A stretch of DNA of 63,928 nt, filler included, from Acidimicrobiia bacterium (GCA_041577335.1; 3 parts of 3 records of this genome joined end to end with filler, not necessarily neighbours in it), one strand, 5' to 3'; shown: positions 38,443-48,350, counted from the whole stretch's first letter. Numbers and translations: made by a program. The notes: a model not told the origin generated them from the sequence alone.

Positions 38443-38853
38443 CTATTTCAGCCTGCGCCCAGTCACCATGTCCGGGATGATCTCGACCGCCTGCATGCGA
38501 TGCTCGGTGGAGATCCAGGTCACCAGATCGAGGGCTTCGACCCGCTCCTGCTCAGTCTCCGGAACGACCCTGAGCGTCCCGGTCACCACGACGCTCCAAC
38601 CAGTCTTGGCAGCAGTGTCCCAGCCATCGATCTCGAACGTGACCCCCTTGCGGATCGCGGCCGCATCGAGTTTCGACCCGACTGCCGAGCGAAAGACGAC
38701 CCGCTTGTTGGCGTACGCATAGTTGACCGGGAACAGCTCCGCAGAACCGGCGCGCACAAAGGCAACCCGCCCAATCGTGCTCTCGGCCAAGAGGCGCTCA
38801 CACTCGGCCAGGTCGAGAACCTCGAGGCCCAGGTGATCTCTCGCCACCGTCAC
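38443..38853 (-). CDS. Pyridoxamine 5'-phosphate oxidase-like protein
   Basis: EC..LL....IGRVAF, PVNY, FR...GSKL, FEIDG....GWSV. Confidence 0.85.
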   Translation of the reverse strand: MTVARDHLGLEVLDLAECERLLAESTIGRVAFVRAGSAELFPVNYAYANKRVVFRSAVGSKLDAAAIRKGVTFEIDGWDTAAKTGWSVVVTGTLRVVPETEQERVEALDLVTWISTEHRMQAVEIIPDMVTGRRLK

Positions 38854-39293
38854 GCGACATCGCTTTTCGTGTGAGGCGCAACCACGAGCACGTCGCAGGT
38901 GGCTCCCTGGATGATCTTATGGCTCGTTGAGCCGAGCATCATCGAGCGGAAGTCGCCGAGCCCACGGCTGCCAACCACAATCACCTCGGCGTCCACATCC
39001 GCGGCATAGGCAAGTACGCCGTCGGGGGGGTACCCCTCGAGCTCAACTTTTCGAACGGTCTGGGAGCTTTTTGCAATCACTGGGTCGACAATACTCCACA
39101 CACGGTCGAGTTGGTAACGCCGGATCTTCTCTGCGTCGATCGGGGGAGCTCCGTATGAGACATACAAGCTCCACGGAAGCTGAAACACGTGCAGCGCATG
39201 GAGCTCGGCGCCGCGGCGTTCGGCTTCATGGACCGCGTGATCAGCGACCACGGCGGCGAACTCTGAATCGTCAAAGGCGACCACGACGGTCAT
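38850..39293 (-). CDS. Universal stress protein
   Basis: VVVAFDDS, VVGSRGLG...MLGSTS; RBS GGAG before ATG 39293. Confidence 0.9.
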   Translation of the reverse strand: MTVVVAFDDSEFAAVVADHAVHEAERRGAELHALHVFQLPWSLYVSYGAPPIDAEKIRRYQLDRVWSIVDPVIAKSSQTVRKVELEGYPPDGVLAYAADVDAEVIVVGSRGLGDFRSMMLGSTSHKIIQGATCDVLVVAPHTKSDVA

Positions 39294-39343
39294 GGCGTTC
39301 TCCTCTCCTTGCTCACAGCATGCCGTCGACGGCAAACCGCAGG

Positions 39344-39385
39344 CCAGGGTCGAAAGTCCCCCTGGCCACGGTCACATGCACCTAG
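39344..39385. promoter_or_regulatory. Tandem DosR/DevR-like boxes
   Basis: CCAGGGTCGAAAGTCCCCCT (39344) and weaker CCACGGTCACATGCACCTAG (39366) between divergent USP genes. Confidence 0.65.
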
Positions 39386-39433
39386 CAGCACCGGGAGATG
39401 CAAGGCTACGTTCAAGAAAACGAAGGAGCCAAC

Positions 39434-40237
39434 ATGTACGACCGGATCCTGGTCCCCTTTGACCGGTCCGACTATTCCTGGGGAGCGGTCGGGTTTGCAC
39501 GAAAGCTGGCGGACCACTGGGGAGCCCAACTCGAAGTGCTCCATGTCATCCGTGACGGCCAGCTCGCCGCCCCGAGCTTTGCCGAAATCAAACATCTGGC
39601 GAAGGAAACAGGCTGGTTGTACGACTTTCGAGCTTCCGTGGAGATGGAGACACCCGGCGGAGTCGGCGAGACCATCGCTCGGCGAGCGGCAGAGCAGCCG
39701 AGCACGCTGGTCGTCATGACCACACATGGTCGTGGCCGGTCAGCCGCCTTTGTGGGAAGTGTCGCCGAGGAGGTTCTCCACCAAGTCGGCTACCCCGTGT
39801 TGTTGGTTGGTCCCAGCGCCGACCTGGCCAAGATGACGCTCGACGGACCCATCGTGGCTTGTGTCGACGGTTCGGAGAGGTCCGAGATGTTGCTGCCGGT
39901 CGTGGCAGAGTTCGCGGCGAATTTCAAGGTCGATCCGTGGGTCGTGGTCGTGGCACCGTCCGAGGACGACCGGGCATTCGACACGCTCGCCGCCAACTAC
40001 ACCACGCGGGTGGCCCACCACCTGGAGGAAACCCACAACGTCCGCACCCAGTTCGAGGTTCTGCATGACCCCCACCCGGCGCGTGCCGCCAACAAATTCG
40101 CCACAGACTTGGGTGCCACGATGCTGGCGGCCGTGACACACGGACGAAGCGGCCTCAAGCGTCTCCTGGAAGGCAGCGTCACCATGGACCTGGTGCATGA
40201 AGCCAGCGTTCCTGTCTTGGTGCATCTGGCCGAGTAG
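39434..40237 (+). CDS. Tandem-domain universal stress protein
   Basis: ILVPFDRS...THGRG...GSVAEEV; VDGS...THGRSGL..LLEGSV. Confidence 0.9.
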   Translation: MYDRILVPFDRSDYSWGAVGFARKLADHWGAQLEVLHVIRDGQLAAPSFAEIKHLAKETGWLYDFRASVEMETPGGVGETIARRAAEQPSTLVVMTTHGRGRSAAFVGSVAEEVLHQVGYPVLLVGPSADLAKMTLDGPIVACVDGSERSEMLLPVVAEFAANFKVDPWVVVVAPSEDDRAFDTLAANYTTRVAHHLEETHNVRTQFEVLHDPHPARAANKFATDLGATMLAAVTHGRSGLKRLLEGSVTMDLVHEASVPVLVHLAE

Positions 40238-40257
40238 CCAAACAACAATAGCCGCGA

Positions 40258-40914
40258 CTAGGCGGGCCATTCCTCCGGGTCGCTGAATTCTGGTACCTGG
40301 CGCGCCAGGTAGGTGGCGGCCTCGGTCCGTCGGCTCATGCCCATCTTGGCGAGCAGGTTTGACACATAGTTCTTCACCGTCTTCTCCGCGAGGAACATCT
40401 CCTCGGCGATCTGGCGGTTGGTCTTTCCCTCGGCGATATGGCTCAAGATCGTTCGTTCGCGTTCCGTCAGCCGAGAGAGCAGCGGATCCTCCTGCTTGCC
40501 ATTGCGGAGACGCGAAAACAGCCGTTCGGTCATCTCGCCGTCGAGGAGGGACTCGCCATTGCCGACCCGACGGATTGAGTCAACCAACTCCGTTCCCTGC
40601 ACACGTTTGAGGACATATCCGGAAGCTCCGGCCGTGATGGCGGACAGCAGCGCTTCTTCGTCGGCGAAGCTGGTGAGGATCAGCACTTTCACGTCGGGAA
40701 AACGCGAGCGGATCTCACGGCAAGCCTCGACGCCGGAGCCGTCGGGGAGTCGAACATCGAGCACCACGACGTCCGGCTCGTCATACCCCGTGCGTTTGAT
40801 GGCGTCTGCCACGGTGCCGGCCTCGCCGACGACGCTGAAGTCCTTTTCGGCCTCGATCAGCGCCTTGATTCCTTGGCGGACGATCTCGTGATCGTCAACG
40901 AGCAGTATCTTCAC
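40258..40914 (-). CDS. NarL-family response regulator, DosR/DevR-like
   Basis: VDDHEIVR, LDVRLPDGSG, LILTSF, GKTNRQIAEEMFLAEKTVKNYVSNLLAK. Confidence 0.9.
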   Translation of the reverse strand: MKILLVDDHEIVRQGIKALIEAEKDFSVVGEAGTVADAIKRTGYDEPDVVVLDVRLPDGSGVEACREIRSRFPDVKVLILTSFADEEALLSAITAGASGYVLKRVQGTELVDSIRRVGNGESLLDGEMTERLFSRLRNGKQEDPLLSRLTERERTILSHIAEGKTNRQIAEEMFLAEKTVKNYVSNLLAKMGMSRRTEAATYLARQVPEFSDPEEWPA

Positions 40915-40956
40915 AGGGTTAGGCTACAGCCCATCGCCGGAGATGTAGCATTCTCC

Positions 40957-42063
40957 GTGATGACCTTCCCCTCGTCCGGTGATTTCGCCTCACTCATCCA
41001 AGACGCGGCCGCGGCCGTGGACCAAGAGGATCTGCGCGGGATCCTGCGGCGGGTAGCCGACACTGCCCGACGTGCTACCGGCGCGAAATACGGCGCCCTT
41101 GGGGTGCTCGGGCTCCATGGATCCCTGTCCGATTTCGTCCATGCCGGCATGAGCGACGAGCAGGCCGACCGGATTGGGCGCCTACCCGTGGGCAAGGGCG
41201 TGTTGGGAACGATCATCAGACACCCCGAGCCGATCATGGTCGAGGATGTTTCCGCACACCCCGATTATTCCGGCTTCCCGGAACATCATCCAACAATGCG
41301 CTCCTTTCTCGGGGTGCCGGTTCGGGCCGGGGACGAAATATTCGGGAATCTCTACCTCACCGAGAAAAAGGGGGGCTTCGTCAGCGAAGACATGGAGACA
41401 GCCAATGCCTTGGCCGCCATCGCCGGAGGCGCCGTCTCGTCCACACGCATGCACCAGCGACTCGCTTTGGTGGCCGTGATCGAGGACCGAGAACGGATAG
41501 CCCGTGACCTGCACGACGCGGTTATTCAGGATCTGTTTGCGACCGGCCTGTCGCTACAGGCACTCACCATGGCACGCACGGACGACGCCGTGACGGTGCG
41601 CATTCGCGATGCCGTGGAACGAATCGATGAGTCCATCGAAGCTCTCAGGAACTTCATCTTCAACTTGCGTCGCATGGCCGACGAGACGCCCACCACAGCG
41701 GAGACCTTGGAGAGAGCCATCCGCCGCCTGTGCGGTCGCGTCGAAGAGCTGGAGCTCGATCTCAGAGACCTGGGGGGCCTTCCCCCTCACACTTTCGACG
41801 CCATCACCGGGTTGGTGCGCGAGGCCGTCAGCAATGCGTGTCGGCACAGTGGGTGCACCAAGGTCAGCGTCACCACTCAGCGATCAGGCTCAGCGCTGGA
41901 AGTCGTCGTTTCCGACAACGGAACCGGATTCGAAGGAGATCAGCGTCGCAGGGGCATGGGTCTCGACAACATGCACAAGCGAATCGAATCGGGAAATGGC
42001 TCGATCTCCATCGACAGCATTCAGGGTCGAGGGACGGTGGTCAGGGCGCTGATCCCGGTTTGA
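40957..42063 (+). CDS. GAF-domain sensor histidine kinase, DosS/DosT-like
   Basis: GA.YGALGV, GFPEHHPTMRSFLGVP, GNLYLTEK, RERIARDLHD.VIQ, DNG.G, GMGL.NM. Confidence 0.9.
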   Translation: MMTFPSSGDFASLIQDAAAAVDQEDLRGILRRVADTARRATGAKYGALGVLGLHGSLSDFVHAGMSDEQADRIGRLPVGKGVLGTIIRHPEPIMVEDVSAHPDYSGFPEHHPTMRSFLGVPVRAGDEIFGNLYLTEKKGGFVSEDMETANALAAIAGGAVSSTRMHQRLALVAVIEDRERIARDLHDAVIQDLFATGLSLQALTMARTDDAVTVRIRDAVERIDESIEALRNFIFNLRRMADETPTTAETLERAIRRLCGRVEELELDLRDLGGLPPHTFDAITGLVREAVSNACRHSGCTKVSVTTQRSGSALEVVVSDNGTGFEGDQRRRGMGLDNMHKRIESGNGSISIDSIQGRGTVVRALIPV

Positions 42064-42523
42064 ACATCTGTTCAGCGTCGAGCTCGAGATCGACAGCCCG
42101 CTTGAAGCGAACCATGAGGTTTCGAACTGTGGTCTCGGCAAGGCGATGGAGCCCGGCGGCATCGAGCACTCGCCCGGCAACTCGCATGGGGGGCTCGTAG
42201 CGTCCCCGGAACTGCGCGTGCGTCACCGTCTCGCCGACCGGGTGCAACGCAAGCTCGGCGGTCATCTTGGGAAAGAGAGCGGACGCCGACTTGGCTTCCC
42301 ACTCGATTGGGATGACCAGTGATTCGGTCCCATGGATGGGCTCTCCCACATATAGCTCGACTGGCATGGCGGTCCAGCTTCCGGACGGGCCCACGGCGAG
42401 CTCTTCACCGCGCCGGATCGCCGTCTCGGCCCATATCCTGAGCTCGGGCTCAATCCCCGTCATCAGCCTCGCCACCGACTGAAACGGGGCTTCGATCTCG
42501 ACGAAATCCTGAACAAACATCAC
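42041..42523 (-). CDS. Hypothetical protein (SRPBCC-like)
   Basis: LFP.M.AEL, G.YEPP..G..LD...HR.AE.T; coupled to the upstream gene. Confidence 0.65.
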   Translation of the reverse strand: MMFVQDFVEIEAPFQSVARLMTGIEPELRIWAETAIRRGEELAVGPSGSWTAMPVELYVGEPIHGTESLVIPIEWEAKSASALFPKMTAELALHPVGETVTHAQFRGRYEPPMRVAGRVLDAAGLHRLAETTVRNLMVRFKRAVDLELDAEQMFKPGSAP

Positions 42524-42996
42524 AGCCGCCCAGGCCGGAGACCGGGGCGCAGGCCCTTGCCCGATGCCCGACCTGAGATCGTGTCGATTGTGATGATCAC
42601 CACCTCCGGCTCCGTCAACGAAGGTGCCGGGAGCCGAAACGGGTCCTCTTTGCCGGTGTGGTACTTGCGAAGGAGCGCCGTGATCGTCTCTTGCTCCTCG
42701 AGGGGGGTGACTTCCGGCTGATTATGGCCCCACACCAGGACGCTGATCCACGAGCCCGTGGCGTTATTGACGTCGGAGGCTTCGATACACACCCGACCGC
42801 CCTCTTGCATTGCCTTCATTCGCCGCCCTTGTACCGTCCGGAACCGGACGGTTCCCGGCTTCTCATCACTTGGGGCAAACGCCACAAAGGACACCGGAGT
42901 GATGTACGGCTCGCCGTCGCTCACGATCGCCAGATGCCCGAGCTCAAAGCCGGCAAGCTCCAACCAGCAGCGATCTTCCGGCAACGTTTCCAACAT
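42520..42996 (-). CDS. Pyridoxamine 5'-phosphate oxidase-like protein
   Basis: GHLAI...PYITPVSF, W.SVLVWG; TGATG overlap with the CBS gene. Confidence 0.8.
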   Translation of the reverse strand: MLETLPEDRCWLELAGFELGHLAIVSDGEPYITPVSFVAFAPSDEKPGTVRFRTVQGRRMKAMQEGGRVCIEASDVNNATGSWISVLVWGHNQPEVTPLEEQETITALLRKYHTGKEDPFRLPAPSLTEPEVVIITIDTISGRASGKGLRPGLRPGRL

Positions 42997-43373
42997 CAGC
43001 GCGTCCGCTCGCCTTCGATGGCCCACAGGAGATCCTTGATCGATACGACTCCGAGCAAACGGTCGTCCTCTGTGACGGGCAGGTGTCGGTAGCCGGCCGC
43101 CAGCATCCATTCCGCAGCGTCGTCGACCGAAACGTCCGGGTCGAGCGTATCCGGCCCGACGGTCATGATGTCGCGGATCTTCTTGGTGGGGGGCACACCA
43201 TCGGCGATGGCGCGAACGAAATCCCGCTCAGTGACAATTCCGACCAAGCGACCTTTGTCGATGACACACAGGCTGCCGATGGATTCTTCCATCAGCTCCT
43301 TGGCCGCCTCGACAACCAGTGTTTCAGATCCACACGCAGAGACCGAGCCGCTAATGACCTCTCGCACATCCAT
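42996..43373 (-). CDS. CBS-domain protein
   Basis: GRLVGIVTERD, RHLPV...LLGVVSIKDL. Confidence 0.9.
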   Translation of the reverse strand: MDVREVISGSVSACGSETLVVEAAKELMEESIGSLCVIDKGRLVGIVTERDFVRAIADGVPPTKKIRDIMTVGPDTLDPDVSVDDAAEWMLAAGYRHLPVTEDDRLLGVVSIKDLLWAIEGERTR

Positions 43374-43428
43374 GACCGACTCCCTTCGGGTCTCTGGGCG
43401 CAACTACACCAGACACCCGGGCGAACGA

Positions 43429-43470
43429 GTAGGACCGATGGCCACCTGGAGGAGTGACTAAGGTCCCGAC
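43429..43470. promoter_or_regulatory. Tandem DosR/DevR-like boxes
   Basis: GGAGTGACTAAGGTCCCGAC (43451) and weaker GTAGGACCGATGGCCACCTG (43429) upstream of the CBS operon. Confidence 0.6.
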
Positions 43471-43474
43471 CAGC

Positions 43475-43502
43475 GAAATACCGGCCTTTCGGCCGGTATT
43501 TC
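43475..43502 (-). terminator. Intrinsic terminator after sigma factor gene
   Basis: gaaataccggcc-tttc-ggccggtatttc. Confidence 0.75.
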
Positions 43503-43504
43503 AG

Positions 43505-44494
43505 TCAGATCAGGTCTTGTTCTCGTATCCCGAAGCTCGGGTGGCGGAGCCGGCATAGGGCCAACTTCTCGAGCTGGCGGATCCGCTCGCGGGTGAGGTT
43601 GAATTCCTCACCGATCTCTTCGAGTGTGCGGGGCACGCCGTCATAGAAGCCGTAGCGCAGCGCCAAGATCCGGCCTTCTCGCTCTGGGAGACGCTCGATC
43701 GATACGCGCAGACTGTTGGCGACGTCCATTTCCTCGGTGATGGCCACCGGATCGGCTGCGTCCTCATCCTCGATGAAGTCACCGAGTTGTGCGCCATCCT
43801 CACCGACCGGCTGCTCAAGCGATACGGTGTCAGCAACCGACAGCGCCAACTCGACCTTGTCGACCGTGACTCCGGCTTCTTCAGCGATCTCGTCGGGCTT
43901 CGGGTCGCGACCGAGTTCGGCCTTGAGACTCGCCTGAGCCGCACGAACGGCTGCCAAGGTGTCATGCAGGTGGACAGGAATCCGGACTGTCCGCGACTTG
44001 TCGGCGATAGCCCGGGTGATGGCCTGCCGGATCCACCAGGTGGCGTAGGTGGAGAACTTGAATCCCTTACGCCAGTCGAACTTCTCGACGGCGCGGATCA
44101 GACCGAGGTTGCCTTCTTGGATGAGGTCGAGGAAGTCGATGCCCGAGGTGTTGGCGTATCGGCGGGCGTTGGCGACCACCAGGCGCAAGTTGGCGGTGAG
44201 GAACGCGTCCTTGGCCTCTTTGCCTTTTCGGTTCTTGCGGCGGAGCTCGATTTCTTCTTTCTTGCCCTTGAATTTGCCCTCTTCAAGGGCTATCGCGGCC
44301 TCTTCACCGGTCTCGATGAGCTGCGCCAGTTCGACTTCCTGCTCGGCGGTGAGCAGGTCGTACTCACCGATCGCCGTGAGGTATTGAGAGACGAGGTCCG
44401 TCGTCAGACGGCCGCGCTCGTCAGTCAGTTTCGTGGCACGCGAGGAAGGCCGGCGAGCTTTGGATTCGGCGTTGGCACGCGTGTTATCTGCCAT
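43505..44494 (-). CDS. Group 1/2 sigma-70 factor lacking region 1.1
   Basis: Region 1.2 [52 protein letters not shown]....TRERIRQLE. Confidence 0.93.
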   Translation of the reverse strand: MADNTRANAESKARRPSSRATKLTDERGRLTTDLVSQYLTAIGEYDLLTAEQEVELAQLIETGEEAAIALEEGKFKGKKEEIELRRKNRKGKEAKDAFLTANLRLVVANARRYANTSGIDFLDLIQEGNLGLIRAVEKFDWRKGFKFSTYATWWIRQAITRAIADKSRTVRIPVHLHDTLAAVRAAQASLKAELGRDPKPDEIAEEAGVTVDKVELALSVADTVSLEQPVGEDGAQLGDFIEDEDAADPVAITEEMDVANSLRVSIERLPEREGRILALRYGFYDGVPRTLEEIGEEFNLTRERIRQLEKLALCRLRHPSFGIREQDLI

Positions 44495-44630
44495 TAATAG
44501 TGGTCCTTATCATCGGGGCGCTGCATCGTGGGCGCTGGCTAGCGGATTATCGTGGGGCCTCTCTGGAACCGATTCCAGAGAGTTCGTACCACCAATATGA
44601 CACAGAATGGCGCGTTTGTGAACCCCCCTC

Positions 44631-44704
44631 TTTTCCACAGAGAGTGGGACGAACGAGTCCTGTTTTCCACTGCATGGAACCGGTTCTCCCCAAAGTTATC
44701 CACA
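44631..44704 (+). promoter_or_regulatory. DnaA-box cluster
   Basis: TTATCCACA (44696-44704), TTTTCCACA (44631), TTTTCCACT (44663), TTCTCCCCA (44684), all co-oriented. Confidence 0.7.
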
Positions 44705-44799
44705 GGAGTTCCCCCGAGCGATCCCATCGGTGGGCAGTCCGCCACACTCAGCAGCCATCAAATCTGAAGGAGCGCTCAAAATACCACTCAGGGTGATAT

Positions 44800-47157
44800 T
44801 CATGTACGGAGGGATGCCGTGAGCCTGGAAACGGTCTCTCGCAGACGTTGGCTGTCGGCCACCTCGTCCAGGTAGAAGACATCGGTGGCGATACCGCCGC
44901 GTGTGTCGATCTTGGCAAGTGCGATGTCGTGGCCGGCATCGAAGATCACTTTGGCAATGTCGTGGAGGAGCCCAATCCGGTCGGACGCAATGACCTCGAT
45001 GCTCGGCATCGACCCGGACGGGTTGAAGCTTGCCCGTGGCTCCACGGCAACGTCATAGCGGTGCCGGTAGGTGTGACGGCGCGTGGCGAGCTCGGCTTCC
45101 AGATCCTTGGCTCCAGCCAAGACCTCGCGAAGCGACTGTTCCACCTTGGGCCATTGTCCTGGCGCTACCGGACCGCCCTGGCGCCCGTCCTCTGTGTGGA
45201 ACGTGTCGACGACCACACCCGTCGAGGAGGCCCCGAGTCGGGCGTCAAGCACCTCGATGCCGTGCAAGGCAAGGACTCCCGCAACCGCCACGAGGAACCC
45301 GCGTTGGTCCCTTGCCGCCACGATGCAGCGGGTGATCTCGCCAAGGTCGGCCACGTCGAGTCGCTGCTCGTGCTCACGAGGCGCCGGGTTCAGCATCTCG
45401 ATGTGTCGACCGATTTCTTCTGGGTCGAACCGGCTCACATACCCTGAGCCCATGGACTGTGCGTGGGCAACGATTTGACCGCGGGCGTACCGGCCGGCCA
45501 ATGCCGCTACCACCTCGTCGATTTCTGTCGGTTCCTCTTCACGACCGGTCAGAGCCACCATGACCTTGCTCGTGAGTGTGCGGACCAGGGACGCCTTCCA
45601 GGGACTCCAGGTCGAGGGACCGGTCGCCTGCGAGTCGGCCACGGTCAGCAGAGCCAGGGCCCGCAGCAATTGCGGGTCACCGACCTGGCGAGCCACCTCA
45701 TCGATCACGGCACCGTCGCGCAAGTCGCGTTGCGTCGCCACCTGGGGAAGGAGAAGATGGAGTTCCACGGCCTGCGCAATAACGTCTGTCCCCCCAGGGC
45801 CCCAGCCGATTCGCTCCAGAAATCCCCTGGCCATCCTGGCTCCGGCAATTGAATGATCTTCACCGGTGCCTTTGCCGATATCGTGGAAGAGACAGGCAAT
45901 CACCAACTCATCCAGCGATCCGAGGTCGTCGGCCAGATCGGCACACCAAGGCTCAGGAGACGCAGGACCGGTGAGCCGCACCAGTTCGTCCACCGTTCGC
46001 CACAGGTGGGCGTCAACGGGGTGCGTGTGGAAGGGCGCCGGCTCGCCCAGGCCAACCGTCCGCGCCAGGTCTGGGATCTCTCGCTCCAACCAGCCGGAGT
46101 CCCAGAGCTGCGCAGCGATCTGACGGCCGAGCGCACCGCCTCGCGCCCAGGCAAGCAGTGTGCCTCGATCCGCGTCGTTCCACTGCGAAGACGACTCGAG
46201 GGCGGCCAAATGCATCGGAGTCAAAGCCTGCCGCCGGTCAAGCGCATCCTGGATCGGAGCGAGGGCACCCGCCGGCAAGGGCTTGCGGCGACGACGACGC
46301 GAGCGACCGAATCCCGCGCTCTCGTCGGCGGCGGCTTCGCCATCAAACGCCATCTCCACGGCCCTAACCGACGTCAGGACCTCCTTTTCGAGCTCGGCAA
46401 CCGAAACATCGAGCCACCGCGCTGCTCCCCTGGCGGCGTCGGTGTGGAATCGGTCGTCGGCACGGCCCGCCCACGCATGGACTCCATTGCGGGCGGCCAG
46501 GAGCGCGGATTCAGCATGCGCCGCCTTTGCGGACAGCTCGACGTCGTTGCCCTGTAGTCGGCGGATCCACTCCAGGCGGTGCAGGGTCCTGAGACCGCCG
46601 CGTCCCGTCTTGAGGTCGGGGTCGAGCACGTGATACGGCTGGGCTCTCCGCAGAGCGGCCTCGTCAGCAACGAGCGACGCCACGAGCCGAGATGCGTCCT
46701 TCTTCACCACGCGGTCGAGCGCGGCACGTGCCGCGTGCCACAAACCGACATCTCCTGCGATGAATCGCCCGGTCAACATGGCCGTCAGCGATTCAACAGA
46801 CTCACGCGCCTCCTTCACCACATCTCGCTCGTTCCGGACCGCGTGCCCGACGCTGAGCTTGGCATCCCAGAGCGGGTAGAGGATCTCCTGCGCCAGAGTG
46901 GCGGGTACCGAGCCGTCGTAGACGATGAGCAGATCGACGTCCGAAGCGAGACACAGTTGACCGCGGCCGTATCCCCCGAGCGCGACCAGGGCTACCGAGT
47001 GCCCGGCGCCTGCGCCCGAGAGCAGCACCGTCAAGGCACGGTCCAGAGACGCCGTGAGCAACTGTGCAACGATTTGGCCAGAAGCCAGCCACGGCCCGGC
47101 CGGCCGAACGGCCCGAAGGCCGGTACGAGTGCTCAGGAATTGATTGAGTGGAGTCAT
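44800..47157 (-). CDS. glnD: [Protein-PII] nucleotidyltransferase
   Basis: ALGGYGR..L..SDVDLL, PDLKTGRGGLR, HD motif LFHDIGKG, C-terminal ACT-like D..G.L segments. Confidence 0.88.
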   Translation of the reverse strand: MTPLNQFLSTRTGLRAVRPAGPWLASGQIVAQLLTASLDRALTVLLSGAGAGHSVALVALGGYGRGQLCLASDVDLLIVYDGSVPATLAQEILYPLWDAKLSVGHAVRNERDVVKEARESVESLTAMLTGRFIAGDVGLWHAARAALDRVVKKDASRLVASLVADEAALRRAQPYHVLDPDLKTGRGGLRTLHRLEWIRRLQGNDVELSAKAAHAESALLAARNGVHAWAGRADDRFHTDAARGAARWLDVSVAELEKEVLTSVRAVEMAFDGEAAADESAGFGRSRRRRRKPLPAGALAPIQDALDRRQALTPMHLAALESSSQWNDADRGTLLAWARGGALGRQIAAQLWDSGWLEREIPDLARTVGLGEPAPFHTHPVDAHLWRTVDELVRLTGPASPEPWCADLADDLGSLDELVIACLFHDIGKGTGEDHSIAGARMARGFLERIGWGPGGTDVIAQAVELHLLLPQVATQRDLRDGAVIDEVARQVGDPQLLRALALLTVADSQATGPSTWSPWKASLVRTLTSKVMVALTGREEEPTEIDEVVAALAGRYARGQIVAHAQSMGSGYVSRFDPEEIGRHIEMLNPAPREHEQRLDVADLGEITRCIVAARDQRGFLVAVAGVLALHGIEVLDARLGASSTGVVVDTFHTEDGRQGGPVAPGQWPKVEQSLREVLAGAKDLEAELATRRHTYRHRYDVAVEPRASFNPSGSMPSIEVIASDRIGLLHDIAKVIFDAGHDIALAKIDTRGGIATDVFYLDEVADSQRLRETVSRLTASLRT

Positions 47158-47536
47158 GTCACATCCGCGGGCGGCCAGATCCGGCATCGCACCTAGACAT
47201 CAGCCACATATTCTCGTGCTGAGAGTGCGATACAACGAAACCCACCCGGCTGCCGCATACCGACCCAAGTCCCCGCGTCGGTGCCGGCGATCGTCCGTCA
47301 CCGTCGCAGCAGGGTGTTTCCAGACGGTTTCCCTCCAATGAATAGCGACGATCCGCCGACGGTGCATCCGGCTCGGTTGGTTGACGACAGAATCTAGCCT
47401 CATCGACTTGGCGGAAGGTGAGATCGGATGACGGCCAGTCGATCCGATGGGCTAACGTCTGCCTGTCAGAGGAGGTCACCTGACCCAGCCAGATCCCTAT
47501 GCCCATGACGAAACGGAGGCCCGTTCACGGCGCACT

Positions 47537-48226
47537 GTGCGCGCGGACAGCCAAGAGGTGTGGCGCCGCAGGCTCGAGATCGCAGCGACGGCGATCTTGG
47601 CCTTGGCGACAATCCTCACCGCCTGGTCGGCGTTTCAGTCGGCGAAGTGGAGCGGGCTCCAATCCATCGCATTCGCCGAGGCGGGGGCGGCCCGCACCGA
47701 GTCGGCCCGGGCCGCCAATCTCGCCGGTCAGCAAACCCAGGTTGACATCGGCGTCTTTCTGCGCTGGATCAGCGCAGCCGACGCGGACATCCGATCCGGC
47801 CTCATCGAACGGCCAACCGAGGCGAGCCTCTACGAACCGACCGTCGGGACGGTGTCCGGCTTCCTTTTCGAGCGAATGAGGGACGAGTTCCGTCCCGCGC
47901 TGGACGCTTGGCTCGACACCGACCCGTTTGGCAACCCCGACGCCCCGGCCTCACCATTCGTCATGGATGAGTATCAATTGGAGGCCAGCGCCCGCGCGGA
48001 GGAACTCCAGGTCCTTGCCGAACTGCGAAGCGCAGATGGCATCGACAACAACCAACAAGCGGATGACTACGTCCTCATGGCGGTCATCTTCGCGAGTGTC
48101 CTGTTCTTCGTCGGCCTTTCCAGCAAGCTCGCCAACCCAAAGAGCGGTCTGGCCATTCTGATCGTCGGAATCGTGCTGTTCGTGGGCGGCGCCGTGACGT
48201 TGCTCACCTTCCCGATTCAGATCTAG
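47537..48226 (+). CDS. Hypothetical membrane protein
   Basis: N-terminal TM (LALATILTAWSAFQSAKWSG) and two C-terminal TMs; start uncertain. Confidence 0.7.
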   Translation: MRADSQEVWRRRLEIAATAILALATILTAWSAFQSAKWSGLQSIAFAEAGAARTESARAANLAGQQTQVDIGVFLRWISAADADIRSGLIERPTEASLYEPTVGTVSGFLFERMRDEFRPALDAWLDTDPFGNPDAPASPFVMDEYQLEASARAEELQVLAELRSADGIDNNQQADDYVLMAVIFASVLFFVGLSSKLANPKSGLAILIVGIVLFVGGAVTLLTFPIQI

Positions 48227-48350
48227 ATCGCCGATTCCGCACCCGGCGGAGGCTCACCCGCCGCGGGTGATATCCCCATGTCGGCAGTGAGCTAGGTTGG
48301 GTGGCCAGACCCCTGCCGACAAGCGGCACAAGACACTTGAGGAGTAACCC

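Noticed and set aside
44611..44710. oriC
   Set aside because: Few boxes, no dnaA/dnaN context, no visible AT-rich unwinding element
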